DNA of 64,000 nt from an uncultured Fusobacterium sp. (GCA_963540885.1 CAUTRK010000009.1:26-64025); one strand, 5' to 3'. Counted from the first letter of the stretch, positions 18,854 through 27,748 are shown. Made by a program: numbers and translations. The notes: generated from the sequence alone by a model not told the origin.

Positions 18854-19966
18854 TTATCTCTTGTTCTGTGCTCTGATGGCGTCCATGAACTCGTCAGGCT
18901 CGTTGCCGCCGTTCATGGGCGGTGTTGACTTCACGCCGTTTGCGCCGCCGTCCTTCGCATCTTTCTTAAGGCTGTTCAGATAGGCTTCGCCCCGGGACTT
19001 CATGTTTTTCAGCGCCGCTCTTGCGAAAGCGTCCGCGCTGACCGGATTGACGAACATTGCGTCATTGGCAATCTCCTCGCACCCGTCTACGCTGGTATCC
19101 ATGATGTCCCTGATTCTCTGACGCTCTGCGACAGTAGCCTCATTCGCCGCCGCCTCTACAAGCTGATTGCACAGCTCCGGATATGCTTTGCGCAGGTCGT
19201 CAATGGTTGTAATGGTTTCCATTCCGTCTCCCTCCTTTGTGGTGATGGTGTTTCCCGGCTTTGCTCCGGGAGCTTTATTTTCAAAACGTCCGGCGGCGGG
19301 GGCTGCTGCCAAACTGTCCTGAACAAATTTCGGTGCCGTGCTGAACGGCATATTCATGCTGACGCTGTTCACGAAAAGAACTCCGTCCCGGTTCTCATAG
19401 GCAGTGTCCTCTTCCTCGTCCACCAGCTCGTCCACGAATCCGTTTTCCTTCGCGTCCGCCGCTGTCCACCAGCTTGTCGCGTCCATGAGCGCTGCGACTT
19501 CTTCCTTGTCGCGCCCGGTTTTTTTCGCATAGAGCGTCACGATATTTTCCCGAATGGCCTCTATCGCTTCGATGCACTTTTGCAGTGTTTCCGCATCTGC
19601 GTAATCAAAGATTCCCATGCGGACCGGATGGATCATGTAGGTGGCATCCGCTGCCGCGACCACTTTGTTGCAATGGCAGGCGACAATCGTTGCCGCACTG
19701 GCGCACAGTCCGTCGATCATTGCCGTAACGGTCGCGCCGTTCTGTTCCAGCATGTTTCCGATGGTGGTTGCCGCGAACACGTCTCCGCCGCCGGAGTTGA
19801 TCCGCACCGTGATCGTGTCCACATTCCCCAGCTTGTCGAGGTCTTCCTTGAACTCCCTCGGCGTTGCTTCGTCTCCCCACCAGGAACGCTGCGAAATGTC
19901 GCCATATAAAAGCAGCTCCGCCCCGGACTCTGCCGAGTTGCGGAACTGCCAGAACTTTTTTGGCAT
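18854..19966 (-). CDS. Prohead protease (ClpP/S49 type) fused to scaffold-like C-terminus
   Basis: 370 aa with ..ITVRINSGGGDVFAATTIGNML......DGLCASAATIVA.. Lies between the portal and decoration genes. Confidence 0.8.
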   Translation of the reverse strand: MPKKFWQFRNSAESGAELLLYGDISQRSWWGDEATPREFKEDLDKLGNVDTITVRINSGGGDVFAATTIGNMLEQNGATVTAMIDGLCASAATIVACHCNKVVAAADATYMIHPVRMGIFDYADAETLQKCIEAIEAIRENIVTLYAKKTGRDKEEVAALMDATSWWTAADAKENGFVDELVDEEEDTAYENRDGVLFVNSVSMNMPFSTAPKFVQDSLAAAPAAGRFENKAPGAKPGNTITTKEGDGMETITTIDDLRKAYPELCNQLVEAAANEATVAERQRIRDIMDTSVDGCEEIANDAMFVNPVSADAFARAALKNMKSRGEAYLNSLKKDAKDGGANGVKSTPPMNGGNEPDEFMDAIRAQNKR

Positions 19967-19969
19967 ATC

Positions 19970-21589
19970 CTATTCCTCCTTTGGCTTTACCGGCGCTGCT
20001 GTCGGCTGCGGTATCAGAATCGGATTTATGATTTCATCCACCTCTTTTTTCCGCCTTGCTTCAATCACTCGCGCCCTGACATTCTTGTTAAAGTCTCCGC
20101 CCGTCATTTGTGCCGTTTCGTCTGCCGCCGTTGAGAAGCAGTTTTCTACCCGGAGCGCTGCCGCCTGGACTTCCTGAACCGGATTAAGGTTCGTCCGCGC
20201 CGGTCCGCTCCATGTGCAGGCAATATAGGTTTTCCGAATGGCGGGATCCGAGAAGAAGCCCGGAGCCTTAATCCGTCCCCTTGCTACCGCTTCCGCGAAC
20301 CATTCATCATAGATTGGCTTGCAGAAATCATCTTTGAACCAATCCCGCTGCATGGCGCATGTCCGCCAAAACTCATTGAGTGCGCCCCTGGCCGCGCTGT
20401 AGGATGCCGTAAACTGTTTGAACAGCACTTCCGGCGGAATCTCCAATGCCGCCCCGATCTGCCTTATCAGCGCATTCGTGAACTCGTCGTATCCGGTGTT
20501 CGGGTGCTTCGGGTCGATCATCTTGATATCTTCGCCCGGTGCCATATCGACAAATGCGCCCGGGCCAAGTTCAATGCTGCTCTGGTCTGCCGAATCAATC
20601 AGCATGTCCGGCGGAAGCATTTCTCCGAAAGGCCGTCCATCTGACGGATTCTGTTTCAGCACTGCTACCGTAAACATGGCGGAAAGCACCGCCGCCGTTA
20701 CTTCCGCGTCGGTGTACCTTCCGAGCTGCTTGATCGATTCAAGGACCGGCGCAAGGATCGGGACGCCGCGCCGCTGTCCTGCCCTCTCCCGGTTCATGAT
20801 GTGCAGAATATTCCGCCGCCCGGTCTCCCTTCCGAATGCTTCAACTCTCGTCCACTTCATTTCCCCGGGCTGAATCGTCGCCGTGTTGGAAAGCGGATGG
20901 CGATTACAGATCCAGTAGGCAACTACCACGCCCTCTGCGTCCGTTTCGACGCCCTGGACGATCTGGTGTACATGGATCCCGTTTACTTCGCACGGCACAA
21001 GTCTGTCAAAAAGATCAGGGCTGCACACTCTGTCCGCTTCGATGATCCTTACCCGAAGCGCATAAGGCTGTCCCGGCTCTTTCCGCATCGGCATCAGCAC
21101 AAATGCATCGCCGTTCATGAGGTAACTCAAAAATGCAAGCTGCTGTAGCTTGTAAAAGTTATCCACCTTTTCCGCGTCGCAGGCCGGTGTGTCCGCCCAA
21201 AGTGAAAACTCTCTCGTGATCTGCTGCTGCAGGCGTTCCAGCTCATCGTCGCTCATGCCGAGGAACTCTCCGTCAATCTGCGGGGACGGAATCAGTCCGC
21301 CCGCAATGACATTCGTCCGCATGGTCTTAAGGGCTGCTGCCGCCGTCGGGATCCCCATGTACGCGTCCCGGCTGCGCTGTCTTAAGATATCTATGTTGTC
21401 TTCGATATCTTCTTTCGCGCTGCCGCCTGCGAAGTCCCAGCCCCGCATGGATTTCTTTGTCAGATTCGCGCCGTAATTACCGTATCCCGTATTGATGATT
21501 TCAAGGGCGGTACGCGCCGCCATTCTCCGCATTCCGCATGTCGGAGAGATGGCAGCGATTGCTTTGTCCAATATGTTCTGCTTTACCAT
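19970..21589 (-). CDS. Portal protein (lambda family)
   Basis: 539 aa, downstream of the gpW-like gene and the terminase. Confidence 0.85.
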   Translation of the reverse strand: MVKQNILDKAIAAISPTCGMRRMAARTALEIINTGYGNYGANLTKKSMRGWDFAGGSAKEDIEDNIDILRQRSRDAYMGIPTAAAALKTMRTNVIAGGLIPSPQIDGEFLGMSDDELERLQQQITREFSLWADTPACDAEKVDNFYKLQQLAFLSYLMNGDAFVLMPMRKEPGQPYALRVRIIEADRVCSPDLFDRLVPCEVNGIHVHQIVQGVETDAEGVVVAYWICNRHPLSNTATIQPGEMKWTRVEAFGRETGRRNILHIMNRERAGQRRGVPILAPVLESIKQLGRYTDAEVTAAVLSAMFTVAVLKQNPSDGRPFGEMLPPDMLIDSADQSSIELGPGAFVDMAPGEDIKMIDPKHPNTGYDEFTNALIRQIGAALEIPPEVLFKQFTASYSAARGALNEFWRTCAMQRDWFKDDFCKPIYDEWFAEAVARGRIKAPGFFSDPAIRKTYIACTWSGPARTNLNPVQEVQAAALRVENCFSTAADETAQMTGGDFNKNVRARVIEARRKKEVDEIINPILIPQPTAAPVKPKEE

Positions 21590-21598
21590 CCTTCCTCC

Positions 21599-21835
21599 TT
21601 ACACGTCCCTCGGGACAAAGTGGTAAAGGCGATTCCTTCCGCCTGTCTTTTCTTCTGCGTCGATCTCTGCCAGCTTGCCTGCCCAATACTCCATTTCTTC
21701 CCTGACTTGTTTCAGGTCTGCCCTGGTCAGCATCCGGGTTCCGATCTGGTAGCTCTGCCCCGTGGCGATGCTTTCCTCTGCGGCAAGCCAAGTGTTCAGT
21801 TTTTCTTCGCAGATTTTTCTTGAAAACACTGCCAT
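21599..21835 (-). CDS. Head-tail joining protein (lambda gpW-like)
   Basis: 78 aa lying between the large terminase and the portal, with ..SYQIGTRMLTRADLKQV.. Confidence 0.6.
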   Translation of the reverse strand: MAVFSRKICEEKLNTWLAAEESIATGQSYQIGTRMLTRADLKQVREEMEYWAGKLAEIDAEEKTGGRNRLYHFVPRDV

Positions 21836-21836
21836 A

Positions 21837-23663
21837 TCAGATTCCTCCTGACCTTACCCGTCTTCCTCTGGCTTTCGGTGTCTGCTCCGGATTGATCATC
21901 AGTTCCGCCGGGTTCAGCACTTCCATCATTGCCTGCGCGTAGTTCCGGCAGTCCAGTGGTTCATTTCTCTTGTGAGCGCTGTCCACCAGCTCCCAGACAA
22001 TGACGCTTCGTCCCTTCCGGATCCTGACTACCATTCGCTCCGCTGTCAGCCCCTTAAAATATTCCTCTCCGTATCCTGCTTCCTCGTTCAGCGGGAAATG
22101 ACAGTAGTTCGGGCCGACCGTCTGCATTTTCAGGCGATTAAAGAGAAGTGCCTTTCCTGTGTCTACGCCAATCACAAAGAGCGGCGCTTTCTCGCGGTTG
22201 TTCTTCGTCGGATTCGAGAAGAACGGCACGTCCTGACCGCCCCGGCCTTTCAGCGCCCAGACGCGGCGTTCATATCTTTGTTTCGTGAACCGGTATACTT
22301 CATTCGCATGATGTCCGCCGGAATCGACAAATGCCCCGGCGATCCGCAGCGCTGTTCCGTCTTTCTTGAAAAACGGCTGCAATAAAAAAGCGTCCAGATC
22401 CCGCCAGACCTGTTCGCCCTCCATATATCCGAATATCTTTTGATACCGTATTCCCCAGCTTTCCTTCCCGGCTCCCCAGCCGACCACTTCCACCTCGAAG
22501 CGGTCATCCTGGACATCGACCCCGGCAGTAAGGATGAGCACGCCGTCCGGCACCTGTGCCTCGTAAATCTCCCGCCGGTTGATAAGCTCTGTCTCGTCCA
22601 TGGCGGTTCCCGGCTCGTCCCACGGCTCCCCGAGTTCCGTATTGATCCACGTTTTCAGCTTATCATGGTCGCCCTTCTTCGATAGATCGTCCGCAATGAG
22701 GAACTTCTCCGCAATCTCCTTCCATCCGCAGAAGGTGGAGGCCAGTGTGTTCAGATGGAAGCCCCGGGTTTCCGCTCCCGGATTTGCGGCGACGAAATGC
22801 CCCTGTTGCTCCATCTTCTTCCATTCGTGTTCCTGCGACTGAATGCCGCATTTCTCGCATTCATAGGTCACGCCCTTCGATAAGTCTGTTTTATCGAAAC
22901 GGATATTTCCCCAGGTAAGCGGCTGTAAATGTCCGCACTTCGGACACGGCACACACCATTCTTCCCGGGTGCTTTCTTCAAACTCCTTCGCAATCCGGCT
23001 GTTGACCTTTAATACCGGCGTGCTGACGACCACGGTCTTTTTATCCCAGAACGTCGTCTGACGCTTCATGGCGAGGAGGAGCGGGTCGCCCTCGGAACCG
23101 GCGGACGCCGGGTAACGGTCCACCTCGTCCGCAAGCAATACCTTGATCGGTCGGCTTGCAAGGCTTGCCGGGGAGTTTGCCCCGATGATCGTCACATGTC
23201 CGCCCGGAAAGTTCTTTTTCAAAATCGTGTTTCCGCTGTATCGTGACTTTGTGTCTACCAGTTCCCGGAGAACCGGTGTATCCCGCAGCATAGGCGCGAG
23301 GAAATCTTTTGAGAAGGTCTGCGCCATGTCGAGTGTCGGCTGCATAACAAGTACCGGGGCCGGGTAATAATGCATGTAATAGCCAAGCATGTTCATGAGC
23401 ATTGCGGTCTTTCCAATCTGTGCCGCGCTCATGATCACCACTTTTCTGATATGCGGATCCCCGATGGCGTCCATGATCTCCCGCTGATACGGTGCTTTGT
23501 CTGTATGCCACCGTCCCGGCTCCGCGCTGTTTTCCGCCGAAAGCATCCGGTATCTGTCCGCCCACTCGCTAAGTGTCAGCTCCGGCGGCGGTTTCAGTGC
23601 TGCTATGCACCTCGCGAACATGTCCTCCGTGTTCTTCGGTATGTCTATCGTTTTTCGTTTCAT
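21837..23663 (-). CDS. terL: Terminase large subunit (GpA type)
   Basis: 608 aa containing a Walker-A-like SAAQIGKT and a zinc-ribbon CPKCG...CEKCG, as in lambda gpA-type terminases. Confidence 0.9.
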   Translation of the reverse strand: MKRKTIDIPKNTEDMFARCIAALKPPPELTLSEWADRYRMLSAENSAEPGRWHTDKAPYQREIMDAIGDPHIRKVVIMSAAQIGKTAMLMNMLGYYMHYYPAPVLVMQPTLDMAQTFSKDFLAPMLRDTPVLRELVDTKSRYSGNTILKKNFPGGHVTIIGANSPASLASRPIKVLLADEVDRYPASAGSEGDPLLLAMKRQTTFWDKKTVVVSTPVLKVNSRIAKEFEESTREEWCVPCPKCGHLQPLTWGNIRFDKTDLSKGVTYECEKCGIQSQEHEWKKMEQQGHFVAANPGAETRGFHLNTLASTFCGWKEIAEKFLIADDLSKKGDHDKLKTWINTELGEPWDEPGTAMDETELINRREIYEAQVPDGVLILTAGVDVQDDRFEVEVVGWGAGKESWGIRYQKIFGYMEGEQVWRDLDAFLLQPFFKKDGTALRIAGAFVDSGGHHANEVYRFTKQRYERRVWALKGRGGQDVPFFSNPTKNNREKAPLFVIGVDTGKALLFNRLKMQTVGPNYCHFPLNEEAGYGEEYFKGLTAERMVVRIRKGRSVIVWELVDSAHKRNEPLDCRNYAQAMMEVLNPAELMINPEQTPKARGRRVRSGGI

Positions 23664-23779
23664 AGTTTTTCATTCCGCGCCATATCGCATCCAGAATCCT
23701 TTTTCTGCATTTCTGGTATGGGCAGAACACTATGCTGCTGCCCGTGTGGGCTTTCCATACGCAGTCCCGGCACGGCGGC

Positions 23780-24259
23780 TCATTCTTCCGTTTCATTGTC
23801 GTTGCCCGTGATTGCCATTGCGGCGTTATAGCCGCTCATTTCTTCCAGCGCCTCCGTAATGGCGGTCTTCAAAAGGTCGAAGATTGCCGCCTGATCCCGT
23901 GGCATTTCCGCCAGCGTCGGGGACAGCTTCGCCGGGATGATCAGCATTCGGCTTCTGACATTTATGCACAGTGCCTTGATCCCCTTCTCTATATCTTCCG
24001 TGCTGTGGAGATTGCCGAGGCGTTCGTCATTGTCCATCTCTGCCGCCTTGCGTTTCTCCGCCGTCAGTTTCATTCGCTCCGTCTGCAGGCTTTCCTTCCC
24101 AGTACCACCGAGATAGGTAATGTACTTGTTGACCGTCTGCTGCAGGTCGTAAAGCCCCGGCCTTGCTTCCTGGATCACTCCCTCATCCCGGAGCTGCCGC
24201 ACCCGCCGTTCCGTAAGGCACAGCCAGTTCGCAACCACCCTGCTTGTGTACAGCTTCAT
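23780..24259 (-). CDS. HTH protein, candidate Nu1-like small terminase subunit
   Basis: 159 aa from the ATG at 24259 (MKLYTSRVVANWLCLTERRVRQLRDEGVI..), with an N-terminal HTH. Lies directly upstream of terL. Confidence 0.5.
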   Translation of the reverse strand: MKLYTSRVVANWLCLTERRVRQLRDEGVIQEARPGLYDLQQTVNKYITYLGGTGKESLQTERMKLTAEKRKAAEMDNDERLGNLHSTEDIEKGIKALCINVRSRMLIIPAKLSPTLAEMPRDQAAIFDLLKTAITEALEEMSGYNAAMAITGNDNETEE

Positions 24260-24345
24260 TGTCTGCCCTCTTGCCCCGCTCCTTCCTTCGGTTCTATAAT
24301 TGATCTGCCAAAACCATTTAAGCCCGATAGGAAGGAGGTGAATGT

Positions 24346-24555
24346 ATGGGCGTAAACTACACTGCGTGGGAAGTTGATATTTCCAATCTCCCCGTACCAG
24401 ACCGCGAACCGCTTTATAAAAAATTATCCGGAGTTGGTTGGGACGCTTACTGGAACGAACCACCTTATACAACTATTAAAGTCCTGATCCCGGAAGGAAA
24501 GCAGCTTCGCGATCTTGTCTCAATACCAGATATCTGTATTGTCCGGAAGGTCTGA
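24346..24555 (+). CDS. Small protein, family A copy 1 (antisense-oriented partner of a convergent pair)
   Basis: 69 aa with a strong RBS (ggaaggaggtgaatgtATG). The C-terminal motif L..L.SIPD.C.V is shared with 30049-30258 and 35202-35423. Confidence 0.55.
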   Translation: MGVNYTAWEVDISNLPVPDREPLYKKLSGVGWDAYWNEPPYTTIKVLIPEGKQLRDLVSIPDICIVRKV

Positions 24556-24813
24556 TAGATCCTTCATTTTTTCCATTGGTTCGCGGTATGCGTGTATATT
24601 TATGGCTGCCGGGTCGTACTCAATAACGATCCGGCATTTGTTTTTCGGGACCATGAGTGGAAAGATATGTTCGCATACTACTTCTATTCCGCGCCATGTA
24701 ACGTCTTTTTCTCCAATGAGCCGCAATCCGTGCAATGCCTTTGCAAGATCGTGCAGATTTTTAAAGGCGTTCTCGTATCCTTCTCTGTTCATTGAGTTAT
24801 ATACGGCTTTCAT
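24520..24813 (-). CDS. Small protein, family B copy 1
   Basis: 97 aa with RBS gaggaaatagaacATG. The motif KCRIVIEYDPA is shared with 30249-30443 and 35404-35652. Its 3' end overlaps 24346-24555 by 36 nt. Confidence 0.55.
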   Translation of the reverse strand: MKAVYNSMNREGYENAFKNLHDLAKALHGLRLIGEKDVTWRGIEVVCEHIFPLMVPKNKCRIVIEYDPAAINIHAYREPMEKMKDLSDLPDNTDIWY

Positions 24814-24960
24814 GTTCTATTTCCTCTTTTCCGTAATTGCTCTATGCACTGTTTGATTTCCCATTCTTCCGGTGCATCGAGTCCCTTATTTGTTATCCAT
24901 CGTGTTAAGACTCTTAGGACGACATATTGTTTTATCAGCAAATATGCTATATACGCAGCT

Positions 24961-25740
24961 TCAGCTATCACTATCAGTAATAACATTTTCGCTTTCCTCT
25001 CCGTCTTCGTCCGGGCCGACTTCCACGGCTCCGGTTGCCCGCATCATCATGATTTCCAAGCGGCGCTTTTCAAGCTCTATTCTTCTGTCGCTTTCTTCTG
25101 CCGACCGCAGGGCATTCGCTATGGTAGCAATCCGTCCTTGAACCTTGTACAGCGCTTCATTCAACTTCATGACCCGGCTGAATGCGGTGTCGCTGCTGTA
25201 CATGCCCATCTGCTGCCGCCCGCCGTCCTGGCGTTCCCCGGCTTCGTCTTTTCTCCCCGGTTCCCGCATATCCATAAGGCTTGACAGATGCAGCGTGTCT
25301 TCCGGCTCTGCTTCGTACTGCGCGATCTTCGCAAGGATCCTGTGCTCCCGGACCTTCAATATCTTCATCTCGTGTTCAAGTGCCGCCCTGCTGCCCATTG
25401 GCGCATTGTCGGCTATCGCCTTTTCAGAATCCGTCAGCATATCAAAAAAGATGGTGCTGTATGCTCCATCCTTTTCCGCGTTCTTATTCCCGATTGGTGC
25501 GCCGTCATGATGCCCGGCGGCATTCTTCTTGCCCTTGCTGTTCCGGTTTCCCGGCTGACCGCCGCGCTTTTTCTTCGGCAGGCTTTCGTCCCATTTGTCC
25601 TTCTGCTTCCAATTCCGCAAAGTCTGATACGACGCGCCCAGCTCTGCGGCAAGTTCCCGGAGATTGACCTCCGCGCCCTTGCTCCTTCTCGCGATGTATT
25701 CAGACTTGGCGGTGTCGCGCATTTCGCTCCGCTTCGCCAT
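24961..25740 (-). CDS. YjcR-like HTH protein (terminase small subunit-related)
   Basis: 259 aa from the ATG at 25740, with ..LRELAAELGASYQTLRNWKQKDKW..KKKRGGQPGNRN..GAPIGNKNA.., typical of the PBSX XtmA/YjcR family. Confidence 0.6.
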   Translation of the reverse strand: MAKRSEMRDTAKSEYIARRSKGAEVNLRELAAELGASYQTLRNWKQKDKWDESLPKKKRGGQPGNRNSKGKKNAAGHHDGAPIGNKNAEKDGAYSTIFFDMLTDSEKAIADNAPMGSRAALEHEMKILKVREHRILAKIAQYEAEPEDTLHLSSLMDMREPGRKDEAGERQDGGRQQMGMYSSDTAFSRVMKLNEALYKVQGRIATIANALRSAEESDRRIELEKRRLEIMMMRATGAVEVGPDEDGEESENVITDSDS

Positions 25741-25853
25741 CCTACACCCCCAATGAAAAAGCCGGGAGCTGCTGCCCTCGGCCCAAAATTTCATGATATC
25801 AATATAGCTCGAAAACCCGGCAAAAGTCGGCAAACTTTTTCGGTTGCGAACAT

Positions 25854-26882
25854 TTATGGAAGATTTTTTATAAACTCCTTCGCGGCCTTATATGCTCCCG
25901 CTCTGCCGTCCAATCTTTCGTATCCGGGAAGCGTATACCTGATATAGTTTATCTGTTTCTTTGTAAGCTCGAATCTCGAAAATGCGCTGTCCGTATATTT
26001 CAGCTTTGTTTCTCCTGCTGTCAATCCATTCTCCTGACAATAAACCACGTAGCAGTAGAATCGCACTCTTTCTGCATCATCCATTCCTCCCCAGATATAT
26101 GATGCGATCTGTTTTTGAGATGAAAACATAGAGAAGCAGATTCGTCGCTCTTTGGCTATCTCCTTTATCCCCTCCGTTGCCCTGGTGTCGTCCCCGTCCT
26201 GGTATCGAGTCAGAAGCGCCGCCACATCTATACTGCACATCAGGTTTGGATGTGGGATTCCGGCTCCATTCAGATATTTAATCTGTTCAAACGACGGCGG
26301 GCTGTCCAAAAACTTTACGCTTTCGTATGGCGGCATGGTGTCTTTCTTTTCGGCTTCTGCTATGGCATCTTCCGCACTATTTGCATTTACAACGATTTTC
26401 GATTTTCTGTTTGTTGGCTTCCGCGTCTTTTCGCTTATGCCGTATCTTCTCCCGGTAACTTCATACTGGTAAAAACTCGCGTAACCTATCCCGGTTGGGG
26501 GTCCGTCATAATATTCCCAAAAGATCGGAATGAACTCGTCCATGGCTTCGCCGTTCTTGACGCTCTTTGGAACTGCCTTTTCAAGTTCTTTGTATCTTCC
26601 GTTTCTCAACATCAGGAATATCATATGTTTGCACGGCACATGTTTTTTCCTGAAATCTTCACAGTCGCATTCCGTAATGGATACTCTGTGAATGTTGCCG
26701 CTTTCCCGGTTCTCAACCATCGCTTCATTCTTTGAATCATTCAGATATTCCTTTATACGCAAATCATCAGACCGCGCTCTAATGAGCCTGTTTTCAAAAT
26801 CCCTGCTACGCAAATAACTCTGGCTGAATCCCGCCCCTGCTGCCGTACCCATTGAACGCAGAAAAGAAAATATTCCCATCAT
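25854..26882 (-). CDS. SWIM zinc-finger protein (moron)
   Basis: 342 aa with a CxCx10CxH signature (CDCEDFRKKHVPCKH). GC content is clearly lower than in the flanking phage genes. Confidence 0.6.
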   Translation of the reverse strand: MMGIFSFLRSMGTAAGAGFSQSYLRSRDFENRLIRARSDDLRIKEYLNDSKNEAMVENRESGNIHRVSITECDCEDFRKKHVPCKHMIFLMLRNGRYKELEKAVPKSVKNGEAMDEFIPIFWEYYDGPPTGIGYASFYQYEVTGRRYGISEKTRKPTNRKSKIVVNANSAEDAIAEAEKKDTMPPYESVKFLDSPPSFEQIKYLNGAGIPHPNLMCSIDVAALLTRYQDGDDTRATEGIKEIAKERRICFSMFSSQKQIASYIWGGMDDAERVRFYCYVVYCQENGLTAGETKLKYTDSAFSRFELTKKQINYIRYTLPGYERLDGRAGAYKAAKEFIKNLP

Positions 26883-26903
26883 ACCTCCTTTGCAAAATTT
26901 ATC

Positions 26904-26978
26904 ATTTAGTCATCTTTGGGATAATTATATGAGCGACTTCATGCTACCGTCAATTCGATTTAGTCATTTTTGGAATAA
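26904..26978. promoter_or_regulatory. Two 21-bp direct repeats (candidate operators) between the SWIM and XRE genes
   Basis: atttagtcatctttgggataa (26904-26924) and atttagtcatttttggaataa (26958-26978), with 2 mismatches. Confidence 0.5.
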
Positions 26979-26992
26979 AGGCGGATGGTGGT

Positions 26993-27238
26993 ATGAAGAT
27001 TTACAAGAGTGAATACGGCAAGTGCAATGTTGCCGGTCAAAAGATTCGTTCCCTTCGGGAAGCTGCGGAACTCTAGCAAGAGCAGCTTGCCGCAAAGATT
27101 CAGCTTGCCGGGTACAACATCAATCAGAAAGCGATAAGCAGGATTGAGACCGGGGAACGTGTGCTTGCGGATTATGAGTTGATCTGTTTTGCAAATGCTC
27201 TGTGCGTCTCTGTGAATGAATTGCTCGGCCTGGAGTAA
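26993..27238 (+). pseudogene. XRE-family HTH regulator interrupted by an in-frame TAG
   Basis: MKIYKSEYGKCNVAGQKIRSLREAAEL*QEQLAAKIQLAGYNINQKAISRIETGERVLADYELICFANALCVSVNELLGLE. The TAG at 27074-27076 sits where XRE proteins normally have Ser/Thr (..LSQEQLA..). Confidence 0.6.
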
Positions 27239-27437
27239 TCCGGGCTTTTATTTTTTTTTGAACCCGCCTCATATTTTCGCGCCCGGTCGAGGGGAAGGCG
27301 AAAAATCCCCTTATACCTAACCAAAAATTGCGCTTCCGAACCCGTGTAGGTGAAAACGCGGCTCCCAGTACCTTGCCTGGAATGGGGGCTGGGCCGGTCG
27401 AGGTCGATTTTTCGCATTATATAGGTAGAAAGTCGTT

Positions 27438-27501
27438 CCGGTGGCGGGCTGTGCTCCGGTGGCGCGGTGCTTCCGGGTGGCGCGGTGCTTCCGGGTGGCG
27501 C
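27438..27501. repeat. Tandem 17-18-bp repeat, about 3.5 copies
   Basis: ccggtggcgggctgtgct / ccggtggcgcggtgctt / ccgggtggcgcggtgctt / ccgggtggcgc. Confidence 0.7.
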
Positions 27502-27519
27502 TTTTCCTATATGGCATAG

Positions 27520-27550
27520 AAAAAGCGCGGTTTTATGGCCGCGCTTTTGT
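27520..27550. terminator. Bidirectional hairpin terminator
   Basis: aaaaagcgcgg-ttttatgg-ccgcgcttttgt. The stem is flanked by an A-run on one side and a T-run on the other. Confidence 0.5.
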
Positions 27551-27568
27551 CCTGGTATTGATCCGGCT

Positions 27569-27748
27569 TTATTCGTTGTTTAGTGCTAAATCTCTTATAT
27601 ATTGGTTTACTGACTTTCCTGCTCTTTTGGCGTTGTTTTCAATTATTGTTTTTTCCTCCGGTTTTATTCTTATTCTGATTTCTGCCTGTTTTGCTAAATA
27701 TCTTGCATTGCTTGCTTTTTTCTTTTCCGTATATCCATTGTATCCCAT
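27569..27748 (-). CDS. Ribbon-helix-helix (CopG/Arc-like) DNA-binding protein
   Basis: 59 aa (below the ORF-track cutoff): MGYNGYTEKKKASNARYLAKQAEIRIRIKPEEKTIIENNAKRAGKSVNQYIRDLALNNE, with RBS aggtgaaataATG. Confidence 0.6.
   Translation of the reverse strand: MGYNGYTEKKKASNARYLAKQAEIRIRIKPEEKTIIENNAKRAGKSVNQYIRDLALNNE

Noticed and set aside
23041-23565. 174-aa alternative-frame ORF inside terL, and similar nested ORFs (for example 9178-9574, 35649-36089, 43225-43656, 43675-44019).
   Set aside because: They are nested in confidently assigned genes and have Gly/Arg-rich compositions typical of off-frame GC-rich sequence.
27172-27519. ORFs 27172-27417, 27317-27517 and 27328-27519 as genes.
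   Set aside because: Their translations (RKHRATRKHRAT, and so on) are products of the 17-18-bp tandem repeat. There is no RBS, and they overlap one another.
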